Origin: a phage
Sequence record: PZ452611.1
Length of the DNA stretch: 64,000 nt
Reading direction: 5' to 3' (one strand)
Below, in pieces: positions 1 to 9,800 of this stretch. The notes beneath the pieces are model-generated. The model was not told where the DNA came from, ran no database searches, and saw only the letters and a program-made list of their open reading frames with translations. The stretch's first letter is position 1. Each line of letters starts with the position of its first letter. A program made the translations under genes and the position numbers.

Positions 1-39
1 TGTATTGTTGCAGATAACAACTGTTGTATTAACCGTTTA

Positions 40-1701
40 GTGTCAAGAACATATGGAGGTATGGCTGGGTGCATTTGGGAAACAGTTGACAAGTATGACC
101 ATTTCGGTATTGGGTTTGATGATCACTATGAGATGAGAAACACCAAGCTTTGGTTCAGAATGTCAATAACCAATGCCAGCAACTTCTCCACCCCTGAAAA
201 GATGATTATGACTGTAGACCTTGTTGATGGCACAATCATCTATGTTCCTTTAGCTCAATATGCTGTCAGCATCTCAGAGGATAAGAATGTTGCAGAGATT
301 CATATTGATTTCGAGGACTGCGTCGGGATGGATCAGAACAACAACATGATGGGTGTTGATCCTCGACAGGTGAGAAGGATTTTAATACCGCTTATGCCTA
401 AAGACTGGGTAAGTAATAGCACAGACCCGAGAACGGAAAATGTAGAGTGTGAGTTGCGCCTAGATCTGCTCCAGCCAGACACAGGCTGGAAAATGATGCA
501 ACTTAACAATATTCAGGTTAAAGAGCACGACGTTGGGATCTGCACCGCATATGACGATATGTGGAACGTATCTCCTTTAAGGGTGTTGAACAATATCAAG
601 CGTCTGGGCTATACCGGAACCATAAACCATTATGTTGGTATGAGTCATTATTATGACTACACATGGTCAGGAACCCAATGGTCTATAAACAGAACAGGGG
701 CGCTAAACGCTGCAGCTTATAAATGGCACGATGATTTTATGTACAATGCCAAACGACATAACTTCGACGTTATGCAATCTGTAAGTTTTGAGCTTTTCAG
801 CGATGCCTGCCCGTTGGAATGGACCCAAAGAGACTGGAACGATAACTACGCTAAAACAGGGTATACACCCTGTAGCTACCTCCTGTCTCCAACCATTGAA
901 GAGGGTATGAATTTCCTTACTGCAGTATTTAAGAATTTTGCATCAGCCGCTATGAGAAACAACCTGCCAGTGATTATGCAGGTTGGTGAACCGTGGTGGT
1001 GGTACAATACCGATACTCGTAGACCTTGTATTTATGATTACCCTACAAAGCAGGCGTTTTATGATGAGACAGGTGAGTATGCATTAGATATTGGGACTAT
1101 TGACGATCCTAAAACTGGCGGTGTTTACGACAAGTATGTAGCATTTTGTCGTGGTAAGCTTGGCGCCCGTATTGCGGCTATTTCAAAGGCAATAAAGGCA
1201 CACGCTGCATCAGCTCAGATGACAGCTTTACTGTTTTTCCCAACTATTATGGAAACCGAGCTTACGCAAAAGCTGAACCTTGCCGACCAATATAAAAAAG
1301 AAGCAGGTGCTCTTGATTTCTTCTGCACCGAGTGCTACGATTGGGTGATGCAGGGAGGTATTGAAAAGGCAAAAGAGTCTGTAAACATACCTATCGTTAA
1401 GTTAGGTTGGCAACCGTCTGAAATACAATACCTTGCAGGGTTCGTTCCTAGTAAAGAGCTTGCTCCGGTATATGGATACGACCCAACTAGGAATTACCAA
1501 GAATTTTTATGGAGATGTATTTGCGGAAACATGGCAACTATAGAGTATAGATACCCTGAGGTAAAACAGTATGTGTGGGCATACCCGCAAGTAATGTCTG
1601 ACAGCATCACTGTTACCGCTAGAGATTCTACCGTGCTTCATATGGGGCAGGTTGCTCTGAAAGGGTATGTAGAGGATGTTGTCCCGCCAGACTTCTCATA
1701 A
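40..1701 (+). CDS. hypothetical tail-module protein (possibly 5'-truncated by window edge)
   Basis: 553-aa ORF with GTG at 40; frame is open back to position 1, so the true start may lie upstream of the window; contiguous and co-oriented with tail-fibre genes; no catalytic motif recognised. Confidence 0.55.
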   Translation: MSRTYGGMAGCIWETVDKYDHFGIGFDDHYEMRNTKLWFRMSITNASNFSTPEKMIMTVDLVDGTIIYVPLAQYAVSISEDKNVAEIHIDFEDCVGMDQNNNMMGVDPRQVRRILIPLMPKDWVSNSTDPRTENVECELRLDLLQPDTGWKMMQLNNIQVKEHDVGICTAYDDMWNVSPLRVLNNIKRLGYTGTINHYVGMSHYYDYTWSGTQWSINRTGALNAAAYKWHDDFMYNAKRHNFDVMQSVSFELFSDACPLEWTQRDWNDNYAKTGYTPCSYLLSPTIEEGMNFLTAVFKNFASAAMRNNLPVIMQVGEPWWWYNTDTRRPCIYDYPTKQAFYDETGEYALDIGTIDDPKTGGVYDKYVAFCRGKLGARIAAISKAIKAHAASAQMTALLFFPTIMETELTQKLNLADQYKKEAGALDFFCTECYDWVMQGGIEKAKESVNIPIVKLGWQPSEIQYLAGFVPSKELAPVYGYDPTRNYQEFLWRCICGNMATIEYRYPEVKQYVWAYPQVMSDSITVTARDSTVLHMGQVALKGYVEDVVPPDFS

Positions 1702-1713
1702 TCAGGAGATAAA

Positions 1714-2754
1714 ATGTCAAAACCTAGTTTTCCATTAGAGATTTGGGCAGAGGAGGATCAGGTTCTGCCTAACACCCACAGACAGAACAGGCTACGCCCG
1801 ATTGATGATTTGTGGAGAAAAGGTTGGGATCTTGGTCAAAAGCCCTCATGTGAAGAACTTAACTATATTTTCAATATGCTCGGAACTTGGGCAAAATACA
1901 TTGCTGACGAGCAGATCCCCGCTCAAGAAGGCCGTTATCTGGTACGTGATAATAACTTGAGTGATCTTTTGAACATTCCTGTTGCCCGTAGAAACCTTGG
2001 GATTATTACTAAGGAAGAGGCAGACGCCAGGTATGTAAAAGTTACAGGTGATACAATGACAGGCCCATTGGGTTTGCAACGTATCAACTTTAAAGCTGCC
2101 GAGACAGATAAGGCTTGGATAGAGACAACTATTGGCCCGGATAAGACAACTCTCGACTTTGGGTTAAGTGATAATGCTGGGTCGTTTGATGATGGTGGTA
2201 CATCTACGGTAGATGCGTTTCGTTGGAGATTCCAGCCAACTCAGCCGGATATTAATCCAGAGTTCACTTTGATGTACCTTAACGCGATCACGGCTAATCG
2301 TGCGCTGTTGAAAGTGGTAGGCAATGTTGAAGTTGTCGATAACATGAGGTGCAATAACCTTACTATCAGCAATACAGCAACATTCACCAACTGTAATGTG
2401 GCTAGTCAGTTGACGGCTGGGTCAGTATATGTTAATGGTGGTGCAAGTTGTGACAGTATGGTTGTAAGAAGCCAGCACTGTGTTGTCGGTAACAGAAATG
2501 TGGTGCGCTCCGTGAATGGAGTGACGGCTAACGGTAACGGTGATGTAACGATCACTATCCCGCAGACAGGTGTGCAAGACATCAGAATCGGTGCAAGACT
2601 TGTGGACGGCGTTTCTGAATCTCCAATCCGCAACGGCTACGTTGTCACAGGCTGGCATTTCGGTGACAAAAAAGAGATGCGTGGTTCAACCTACTGGGCA
2701 GGACCTTTACAAAAACTTGTAAATGGTCAATGGATCACTGTTAATTATGCATAG
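1714..2754 (+). CDS. tail fibre protein, paralog 1
   Basis: 346-aa ORF, RBS aggag upstream; N-terminal ~130 aa (PLxIWA..., ARxNLG..., GDxMTG) and C-terminal ...QKLVNGQWITVNYA shared with ORF 3769-4812; fibre-like Gly/Asn/Thr/Val-rich middle. Confidence 0.7.
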   Translation: MSKPSFPLEIWAEEDQVLPNTHRQNRLRPIDDLWRKGWDLGQKPSCEELNYIFNMLGTWAKYIADEQIPAQEGRYLVRDNNLSDLLNIPVARRNLGIITKEEADARYVKVTGDTMTGPLGLQRINFKAAETDKAWIETTIGPDKTTLDFGLSDNAGSFDDGGTSTVDAFRWRFQPTQPDINPEFTLMYLNAITANRALLKVVGNVEVVDNMRCNNLTISNTATFTNCNVASQLTAGSVYVNGGASCDSMVVRSQHCVVGNRNVVRSVNGVTANGNGDVTITIPQTGVQDIRIGARLVDGVSESPIRNGYVVTGWHFGDKKEMRGSTYWAGPLQKLVNGQWITVNYA

Positions 2755-2768
2755 ATCGGAGGACTAGC

Positions 2769-3353
2769 ATGAAAATACTTCAAGAGTTTAAACTTTACCA
2801 ACCGGGATCTGGCGAATACCACTCCAACAAGGAAACCAAGGAGCTGACCCCTCAAGAGGTTGAGGATTACACCGCATACACTGGGTATTTTTTACGTAAT
2901 GATGATGGCGATTGGTATGTGCAGTCACGAACATTACGACAAGAAAATCCGGGTTGTATCTTCCTACTTGTTGACGAGAAGGGAATTCTTAAGACATCTA
3001 CAGAAGAACCTGATGCCTTATGGCCTGCTCCAGGTCTTCGTGTGGTTATCGCCAAAAAAGAAGAGGTACCAGAAAACATTATGCTTCACCACGACGCTTT
3101 GCGTTTAGTTGGTGATGAATTTGTCACAGATAATGAATTCTTTGTTCAACAGGCAGAGGGTGTCATAGAGACAGAACTTGCTTGGGCTACTGCTAGAATT
3201 GGTGCCTATCAAGACATGATTGACCTTGAATATGATCTTACTGATGACCAGAAACGTAACATCAGAGATTTGAAAATGTACAGGGTAAAACTTCTTGAAA
3301 TAGATACATCTAAAGCCCCTGACATTTTCTTCCCGGAGCGACCTACCCTCTAA
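2769..3353 (+). CDS. hypothetical protein (possible fibre-associated/assembly protein)
   Basis: 194-aa ORF immediately after fibre paralog 1; RBS ggagga upstream; no recognisable motif. Confidence 0.5.
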   Translation: MKILQEFKLYQPGSGEYHSNKETKELTPQEVEDYTAYTGYFLRNDDGDWYVQSRTLRQENPGCIFLLVDEKGILKTSTEEPDALWPAPGLRVVIAKKEEVPENIMLHHDALRLVGDEFVTDNEFFVQQAEGVIETELAWATARIGAYQDMIDLEYDLTDDQKRNIRDLKMYRVKLLEIDTSKAPDIFFPERPTL

Positions 3354-3364
3354 GAGGAGGTGTT

Positions 3365-3679
3365 GTGGAGTTGGATTTGGCGGCATTGTACGGTATCTGC
3401 ATGGGTACCGTTGTCCCGATCTGTGTATGGGCTTTCAACCAGTGGCACACCAAATGGAAAGGCATTTCCAAGAGGTTGGATGAACTGGAGAAAGACCTCA
3501 TCTTAGTGAAAAACAGCATGGTTACAAAAGATAAACTTGATTCCGTTATCGAGACCCGGTTAAGCAAGCTAGAGGCCGATATTAACGACCTTAAGCAGGA
3601 TGTCAGGACAGATGTCTCCGGTATCCGAGCTGATGTACAAAAGATTTTGCACATGCTCGTAGAGCATAGTAAAAGGTAA
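3365..3679 (+). CDS. small membrane/coiled-coil protein
   Basis: 104-aa ORF, GTG start 5-6 nt after AGGAGG; one hydrophobic helix (ICMGTVVPICVWAF) followed by heptad-like charged segment. Confidence 0.45.
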   Translation: MELDLAALYGICMGTVVPICVWAFNQWHTKWKGISKRLDELEKDLILVKNSMVTKDKLDSVIETRLSKLEADINDLKQDVRTDVSGIRADVQKILHMLVEHSKR

Positions 3680-3688
3680 ACAAAGGTC

Positions 3689-3720
3689 AGAACGGAAAGG
3701 ACTCCGTTCTTGCATTTTGT
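3689..3720 (+). terminator. putative intrinsic terminator
   Basis: stem AGAACGGA / TCCGTTCT with 6-nt loop followed by T-rich tract tgcattttgt, directly after stop of ORF 3365-3679. Confidence 0.5.
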
Positions 3721-3768
3721 TCTCTAAAGTGTTAAAATAGTCCTAAGGAATTTTCTCAGGAGAACGCG

Positions 3769-4812
3769 ATGACTAAACCAGTTATCCCTCTTGATATTTG
3801 GGCCAATCAGGATGTTGTGCTTGAAAATACGGGAGAGTTGAATAAGTCTCAACCAAAAAAAGAAGAGAGATTGAAAGGTTGGGATATGACACAAAGAGTG
3901 GCATGTGAAGTTGTTAACTTTGAACTTCACATGCTTTCTGCGTGGTTAAAGCATCTAACAGAAGATGTTGTCCCAGGATGGGATAATAGATTCTTAAGGG
4001 TCACTAATAATCTAGCAGACGTTCCAGACAAAGCTGCTGCACGTCAAGTTCTCAATGTATACTCGCCTGAAGAAATGGACGATCTGTATGTTGACAAGTC
4101 TGGAGACATAATGACTCAGACTCAAACTTTAGGCCTTCAAAGAATCGAGTTTGCATCTGCGTCAACAGACAATGCGGCAATATATACCACCATAACCTCA
4201 GACAAGACGATGATGGATTTCTGGATTATGGACAACATCGGTGGTGCTGACGGCACAGATCTTGATGATCCTTCTCACCAAATAGACGGGTTCCGTTGGA
4301 GATTTCAGCCTTCTGGTGGGCAGCCTGTGTTTTCGGCTATGAAGCTCAATGCTATAACTGCCAACCGTGCAAGACTGGCTATCCAAGGAAATCTTGAATG
4401 CAACGATGCAAAAAGTTCCTCTGCAAATGCCAATGCAGTTACTATACCAAGAGCCACTGTTAATGGACAACAATCCTGTGGAAGCGCTCAAATAGGTGGA
4501 AGAGTTGATTGTAACGATGAAACAGTCAGGGGTCAATATGCAACAGTTGGTGGAAGAAACGTGGTCCGCAGGGTAAATGGTAACGGCGCAGACAGTAGTG
4601 GTAACCTTACTATCCCTATGCCCAGCAGAGGGGTTGATGATGTAAGGATAGCAAACCGTTTCAAAACCACCTACAGAGAGTCAAGAGTCTACCCTGGACA
4701 TGTGATGTGTTCGGGTAACTACGCTTATAAACACCCTTATCAAGGTGATTACTGGACAGGTGCTATCCAAAAACTTGTAAATGGTCAATGGATCACTATA
4801 TCTTATGCTTAA
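3769..4812 (+). CDS. tail fibre protein, paralog 2
   Basis: 347-aa ORF; same N-terminal architecture as 1714-2754 and C-terminal ...QKLVNGQWITISYA; last ~30 nt of coding sequence identical to paralog 1. Confidence 0.7.
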   Translation: MTKPVIPLDIWANQDVVLENTGELNKSQPKKEERLKGWDMTQRVACEVVNFELHMLSAWLKHLTEDVVPGWDNRFLRVTNNLADVPDKAAARQVLNVYSPEEMDDLYVDKSGDIMTQTQTLGLQRIEFASASTDNAAIYTTITSDKTMMDFWIMDNIGGADGTDLDDPSHQIDGFRWRFQPSGGQPVFSAMKLNAITANRARLAIQGNLECNDAKSSSANANAVTIPRATVNGQQSCGSAQIGGRVDCNDETVRGQYATVGGRNVVRRVNGNGADSSGNLTIPMPSRGVDDVRIANRFKTTYRESRVYPGHVMCSGNYAYKHPYQGDYWTGAIQKLVNGQWITISYA

Positions 4813-4823
4813 AAAGAGGGTAA

Positions 4824-5090
4824 ATGAAACTAACTCAGTTTTTATGGGGACTGGTTGCGGCATCTGATGACCCTACGAAAGTGTCCCAATCTAAGCTATG
4901 GTCAAACATAGGCATGGCGGTGATGACTGGGGTGTTTATTCATATGGGGTACAATGATACGCTTCCTGAGTGGTATGCGTGGATATATGCACCTTCAGTA
5001 GCCTGCCCCCAGCTTATTAGCAAATTCATCTCGCTCCGGTGGGGTTGCCAGCACCCTGACCACGTTAAAAACGAAGAGCAAAAAGCTTAA
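4824..5090 (+). CDS. small membrane protein
   Basis: 88-aa ORF with RBS agaggg; hydrophobic segment NIGMAVMTGVFIHMGY; position after fibre gene. Confidence 0.45.
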   Translation: MKLTQFLWGLVAASDDPTKVSQSKLWSNIGMAVMTGVFIHMGYNDTLPEWYAWIYAPSVACPQLISKFISLRWGCQHPDHVKNEEQKA

Positions 5091-5099
5091 GGAGAAATC

Positions 5100-6845
5100 A
5101 TGGCGCAAGACATGACAAGCTTCGAGCAGGCGGTAGATCAAGTAATTGTTGATTCTGAACGTTTGCACTTGATTGTCAACGGTAACGCTGTGGATGAAGT
5201 TGTCGTAGAGGATGGGACCACTATCCCTACGGTACGAAAAGCCATGCTTGACACCCTTTATTTTAAAACGCCACCAATCCCTTGGGCGTATGGTGCATCC
5301 ACAACAGTTTTTAACCAGTTGTATGAGTTTAAAGGGGATACAGGCACTCAGTGGTGGTACGCCCCAGCAGCATCAAAATCTAACCCGGTTAGAATGCCAG
5401 CAGATCCTTCACAATCTCCAAACTGGAGATTATACACCGACTCTGCAGTAATGGCAAAATACTACGCAAAACTTAACAGCCCAAGGTTCGAAGGTGACCC
5501 GAGAGTACCTACACCTCCAATGGACGATAAGTCAGAGTCCATAGCAAACACAGAGTTTGTTGTTGACTATGTTGATAGCATATTTAAAGCCATGGAGGGG
5601 ATGAAAGTTACTGTAGGATCTTTGGTGGTAAAAGGTCTTACAGAACTCGCTAACACTATAGTTGGTGGCACCCTTACCTTACATGGACCTGTTAATGGGG
5701 CAGATTCTACTGCACGCTTTAGGAATCTAATCCTCACGGCAAATACTTCTACACTTACTTTTGCGTGGAGCGATCCTAAGCATGCAGACTGGAGAAGTAC
5801 AGAGCTGCAACCTCATGAAGTGTCCACCCACAGGGTTATAGCTGACACTATAACTTCTGGGAAACCAGTGGCTAATAATAACGATGTGCATTTTGATGGT
5901 CTGGGTAATAACTTTTTTGACTACGTGTACATTCGTGGTAATGCCATGAAGGCAGCAACCGAACCGACATTGCAGGTCGATGGGACCACCAGGGTTAAGA
6001 ACCTTGAGGTGACAGGTACCGTTACAGGGATAACATACTCTGTCGATGGCACCATGATCTACCCTAGCTATATTGAAAGCACGGGTGATGCATTGATAAA
6101 TGGCGATTTGGAGGTTGGCGGGTCTGTAGTTATTCGAGGTACAGCCTCTATCCAAAATATAGCTCTGAATACTCTAAGAGTCAATGAGCGTGCAACTTTT
6201 GAAGGAGAAGGGCTTACAGCTAATAAAGGTACAATTACCGAGCTGACCACCACCACTTTAACTGCAACAACTGCAAACTCTGAAAACTGCAACATTACCA
6301 GAAACTTACAGGTAAATGGAGATGTTAGTTTAAACGCCGCAGGGACTGGCACCACCTACCTTCACAACCTTGAAATATCCGGCACAGTGACTGGGTGGCT
6401 GCCAGACTTCTCTAATGTCAACTTTGTTTGTAATGGCATCAACTCCAGTGGTAAGATAACCACCTCTCAAGAAATTGAGGCGGGTAAAACCATTACTGCC
6501 CCTACTTTCCACGCAGGAAAGGTAGATTTTGATTTAGAGGAGGTTGACGCGTCCAGTGGGACATGGACACCTAACGGACAGGCCAGTATGTATGTTGTCC
6601 ACGCTAAAGGGGATTTTACAATAGGTCAGTGGCCTGGGACATCAGCGGAAGATAAACCTTATCCATTCACTGCAGTTATCTATGTAATTCAGGATGCTGT
6701 AGGTCACAACGTGACTTTGCACGATAAGTATGCTATCCTGTCGGCAACACCTGTTATTAACAACAAGGCTAACAGTGTTACCCTGCTGCAATTAACATAT
6801 TGTGGTGTTGGTGATATCGTAGACGTAGTAATTGCACAACGTTAA
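5100..6845 (+). CDS. tail fibre / tail spike-like protein
   Basis: 581-aa ORF, RBS aaggag; repeated short beta-strand-like motifs (VTGTVTG, EISGTVTG, LxVNG) and Gly/Thr/Asn-rich composition typical of fibre shafts; located in tail module. Confidence 0.55.
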   Translation: MAQDMTSFEQAVDQVIVDSERLHLIVNGNAVDEVVVEDGTTIPTVRKAMLDTLYFKTPPIPWAYGASTTVFNQLYEFKGDTGTQWWYAPAASKSNPVRMPADPSQSPNWRLYTDSAVMAKYYAKLNSPRFEGDPRVPTPPMDDKSESIANTEFVVDYVDSIFKAMEGMKVTVGSLVVKGLTELANTIVGGTLTLHGPVNGADSTARFRNLILTANTSTLTFAWSDPKHADWRSTELQPHEVSTHRVIADTITSGKPVANNNDVHFDGLGNNFFDYVYIRGNAMKAATEPTLQVDGTTRVKNLEVTGTVTGITYSVDGTMIYPSYIESTGDALINGDLEVGGSVVIRGTASIQNIALNTLRVNERATFEGEGLTANKGTITELTTTTLTATTANSENCNITRNLQVNGDVSLNAAGTGTTYLHNLEISGTVTGWLPDFSNVNFVCNGINSSGKITTSQEIEAGKTITAPTFHAGKVDFDLEEVDASSGTWTPNGQASMYVVHAKGDFTIGQWPGTSAEDKPYPFTAVIYVIQDAVGHNVTLHDKYAILSATPVINNKANSVTLLQLTYCGVGDIVDVVIAQR

Positions 6846-6852
6846 TATATCT

Positions 6853-6882
6853 AACCGCTCCTGACGGGGCGGTTTTCTTATC
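6853..6882 (+). terminator. putative intrinsic terminator
   Basis: AACCGCTCC-tgac-GGGGCGGTT hairpin followed by TTTCTTATCT after stop of ORF 5100-6845. Confidence 0.55.
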
Positions 6883-6893
6883 TGGAGAACACA

Positions 6894-9800
6894 ATGCTTC
6901 CAATCCCTTTGCTAAAACTTGGTCGTCATTTCCTCGATAAGAGGGGTGGAATTAAGGAACTTGCTGTTCTGTCATACCCAATAGACAACAGTGATGGCAC
7001 AAGCAATACAGTATCCTATGTAAATAGCTTAGCTATACTTTTTGATGATGGTCAGCTTAATATTACTGGCTATAATAGGTTCGGAGAGTGTCGGACTGGA
7101 GATCTTGATACAATAAACTATCCTAATGAGGCAGCTTGGAACGTAGACCATGTTTGGAGAGCTGACCGTGCATTTGTAATCCGCACATTCGATAATAAAT
7201 TTTTCTATATTGGTTGCACAGCTGGTCTTATCGGATCGGAGGCAGCAGGTGGAAACGATGTTTGTGTCAGAGAGTGGACACCTTTGCCGGAACAGATCGT
7301 AACAGGGTTGCATTTGGACACCCATCCTGAGAGACTTGTTGAAGTAATGGGTGGCGTAAACAATACCGTGTGGGTAATTGCTGCACCAGAGGCTGATGGT
7401 ATGCTTCACCTGTACGGCTCTGGCAATAATACTTACGGCTCTCTTCATGTTGACAAAAGTCAACACGCTACTCCAGTTAAGATCGGTGAAACATCTGAAA
7501 GTCCAGAGACAGGTCCTTGGAAAAATCCAAGAATTAATTGTGAAGTTCATGACAACTCGGTTATTTTTGGTGGTCCTAACGGATTCTGGATTGCAGGTTA
7601 CGATTTCTTACGAAATAACAGCAAAAACACACTAGTTTATCCAGCCGAGCATGTGACTCTTGACCAGTTTAAAGGCATCCCGGTGGGCGAGACATGGAAA
7701 GGGTTCATGTGTGGACCTAATGGTGCAATTATAGCCACAGAAAGGATGCACAAACCTGATGACCAACAGCTTGTTAATGTGTTTTATGGTCAGGATGTTT
7801 GGGGTGACGACACGTGGAGAAGCCTTAACATCACCTATACCCATGAAGTAATTATGGCTCGCGGGTACGGGACTAGTGGAATTTTCTTCAATAATGGTAC
7901 AAAACAGTACCGTGGTTTCTCCAGAAACCTGTGTAACGATATTGGTGCTCAATCTGCTAATAATAGTCCTAGGGCCAATTTTATTCATTACAGAGCGCTG
8001 GCAACAGCTAAGTTTGTTGAACAGACAGAGCCAGTAAGCTGGACAGAAAGCGTTTATTTTCAAGGGATCCACAGGGAAGGTTTCTTAGGCACATTCTGTG
8101 TGGTAAATGGAAAGCTTTGGTGGTCAGGAATACCACGTGGTAGTTTTTCAGGATCTAATAACCTCTTTGGCGGCAGACTTAACAGCCAAGGGTTCACAGA
8201 GATTCCGGAGAATTGGTATAAAAATGTCCCGGTAGATAGCTGGGGTATCGAAGACATCTTTGATGTCAATGGTGTGAGCAATGTTAGCAACATTTACATC
8301 GGAGATACTGTCAAGATGAAATTGAAACCTCAGCCGGAGGGTGCTACGTTCATTATTGACAAGATTGAGTTGGTAAATGCTGCAGGCACTGTTGTTACAG
8401 ATGCAAACTATCAGTTCTCCACTAACTGGAACCATGGTGGTGCTAACGAAGTTGTGGTCACCCAGTATAACCGTAACATCAACAGACGTGGTTTGTATTC
8501 TATCAAGATCACCTACCATGACAAGCATGGCACTGGAAGAACCTATACGACAAGGACTTTGAACTGGAACACTATAGTTCCTGCGTATCCGTCCAACGGC
8601 AAGTGGCATACTGTCGGTAGAAACAAACAGTTCCATGTTAACGATACTGTATACTTCGGACTGAATGGGACTCAGCCTGCAGTAGAAGGGGATACATCGT
8701 ATATGGTCCGACTCCACAGAATGGATGCTGGATCAGTCACTTATGATGTTACCCAAGAGATTTATGATCAGAGACGAAATACCTACAACAACTTGGTGCA
8801 GACACAGGCCGTATGGGAGTTCAACCCTAACGGCAGAGGTGGTAAAATGTTGCAGGTTAACGAGCAAAACGGAACGTCGTTGACTGTCCACGAACACCCA
8901 GACCCTTGGCCTGATCCTGGAAAACCTCACCCTGGCGCTCGTACACTGAAAATTGTCAGCCATGATGTAGGATATTTCGGAATACGCTGGGAAGCTACAG
9001 TAAGATATGCCGACGGGACAACAAACAACATAGGGATCACTCTTGGTGGCACTAGTGAGGATAACTCACTGAAAATTGCCTACACTCCTAGAGGCATCTC
9101 TATTGACAATATGGATGTTGTTCGCAACGGTTACGGCGATGTGAATGTCAAAGTTACTCTTGGCGAACATCTTGGTGGGGAAAGGATCATCATGTATGCC
9201 TTTGATCATGATCCGCGCACCAATGGGACTTATGCAAATCAGGCATGGAGTTACCTGATAAATGCACCTGAGCCAAATACTAAAGAGTTCTACTATGGTA
9301 TGAAGCGAGATGTGTGCAAGAAAACAGGAACACATGATTGGATTGCTATCTGCGTTAAAGATGAGCGCACAGCTTGGGATGAGCCTGTTAACAGATGGTT
9401 CATAGGTATTCCTACCAGAAGTGATAAGTATGTCGCAGAATATATTGTATGCATGGGCGGTACCAACCTAAACATGTGTTGGAACGAAGATGTAAACAAA
9501 TACTCTGATTATGACTATATGAGGGATTACTCTTGTAATTTGTGGTTTAACCAAACTACAGGTTACCCTCCGCGTCAGGCAAGGGTAAATCCTGCAATCT
9601 TTACAGATACGCAGGTTTTCTTGACAAAACAGGCCAACGAGGTCCAGACCTTCAAGAACAAATACGACCCTAATAAGTGGTTCTATAACTGCTATGGGGC
9701 ATTTTTCTGGGGACCTGGAGAATTACCTGGTGGTGGCTCTTGTTTTGAGGCTGCAACTTACGCCAGTGACAGATTTATGGGCCAGGTCAAGAAATACAAG

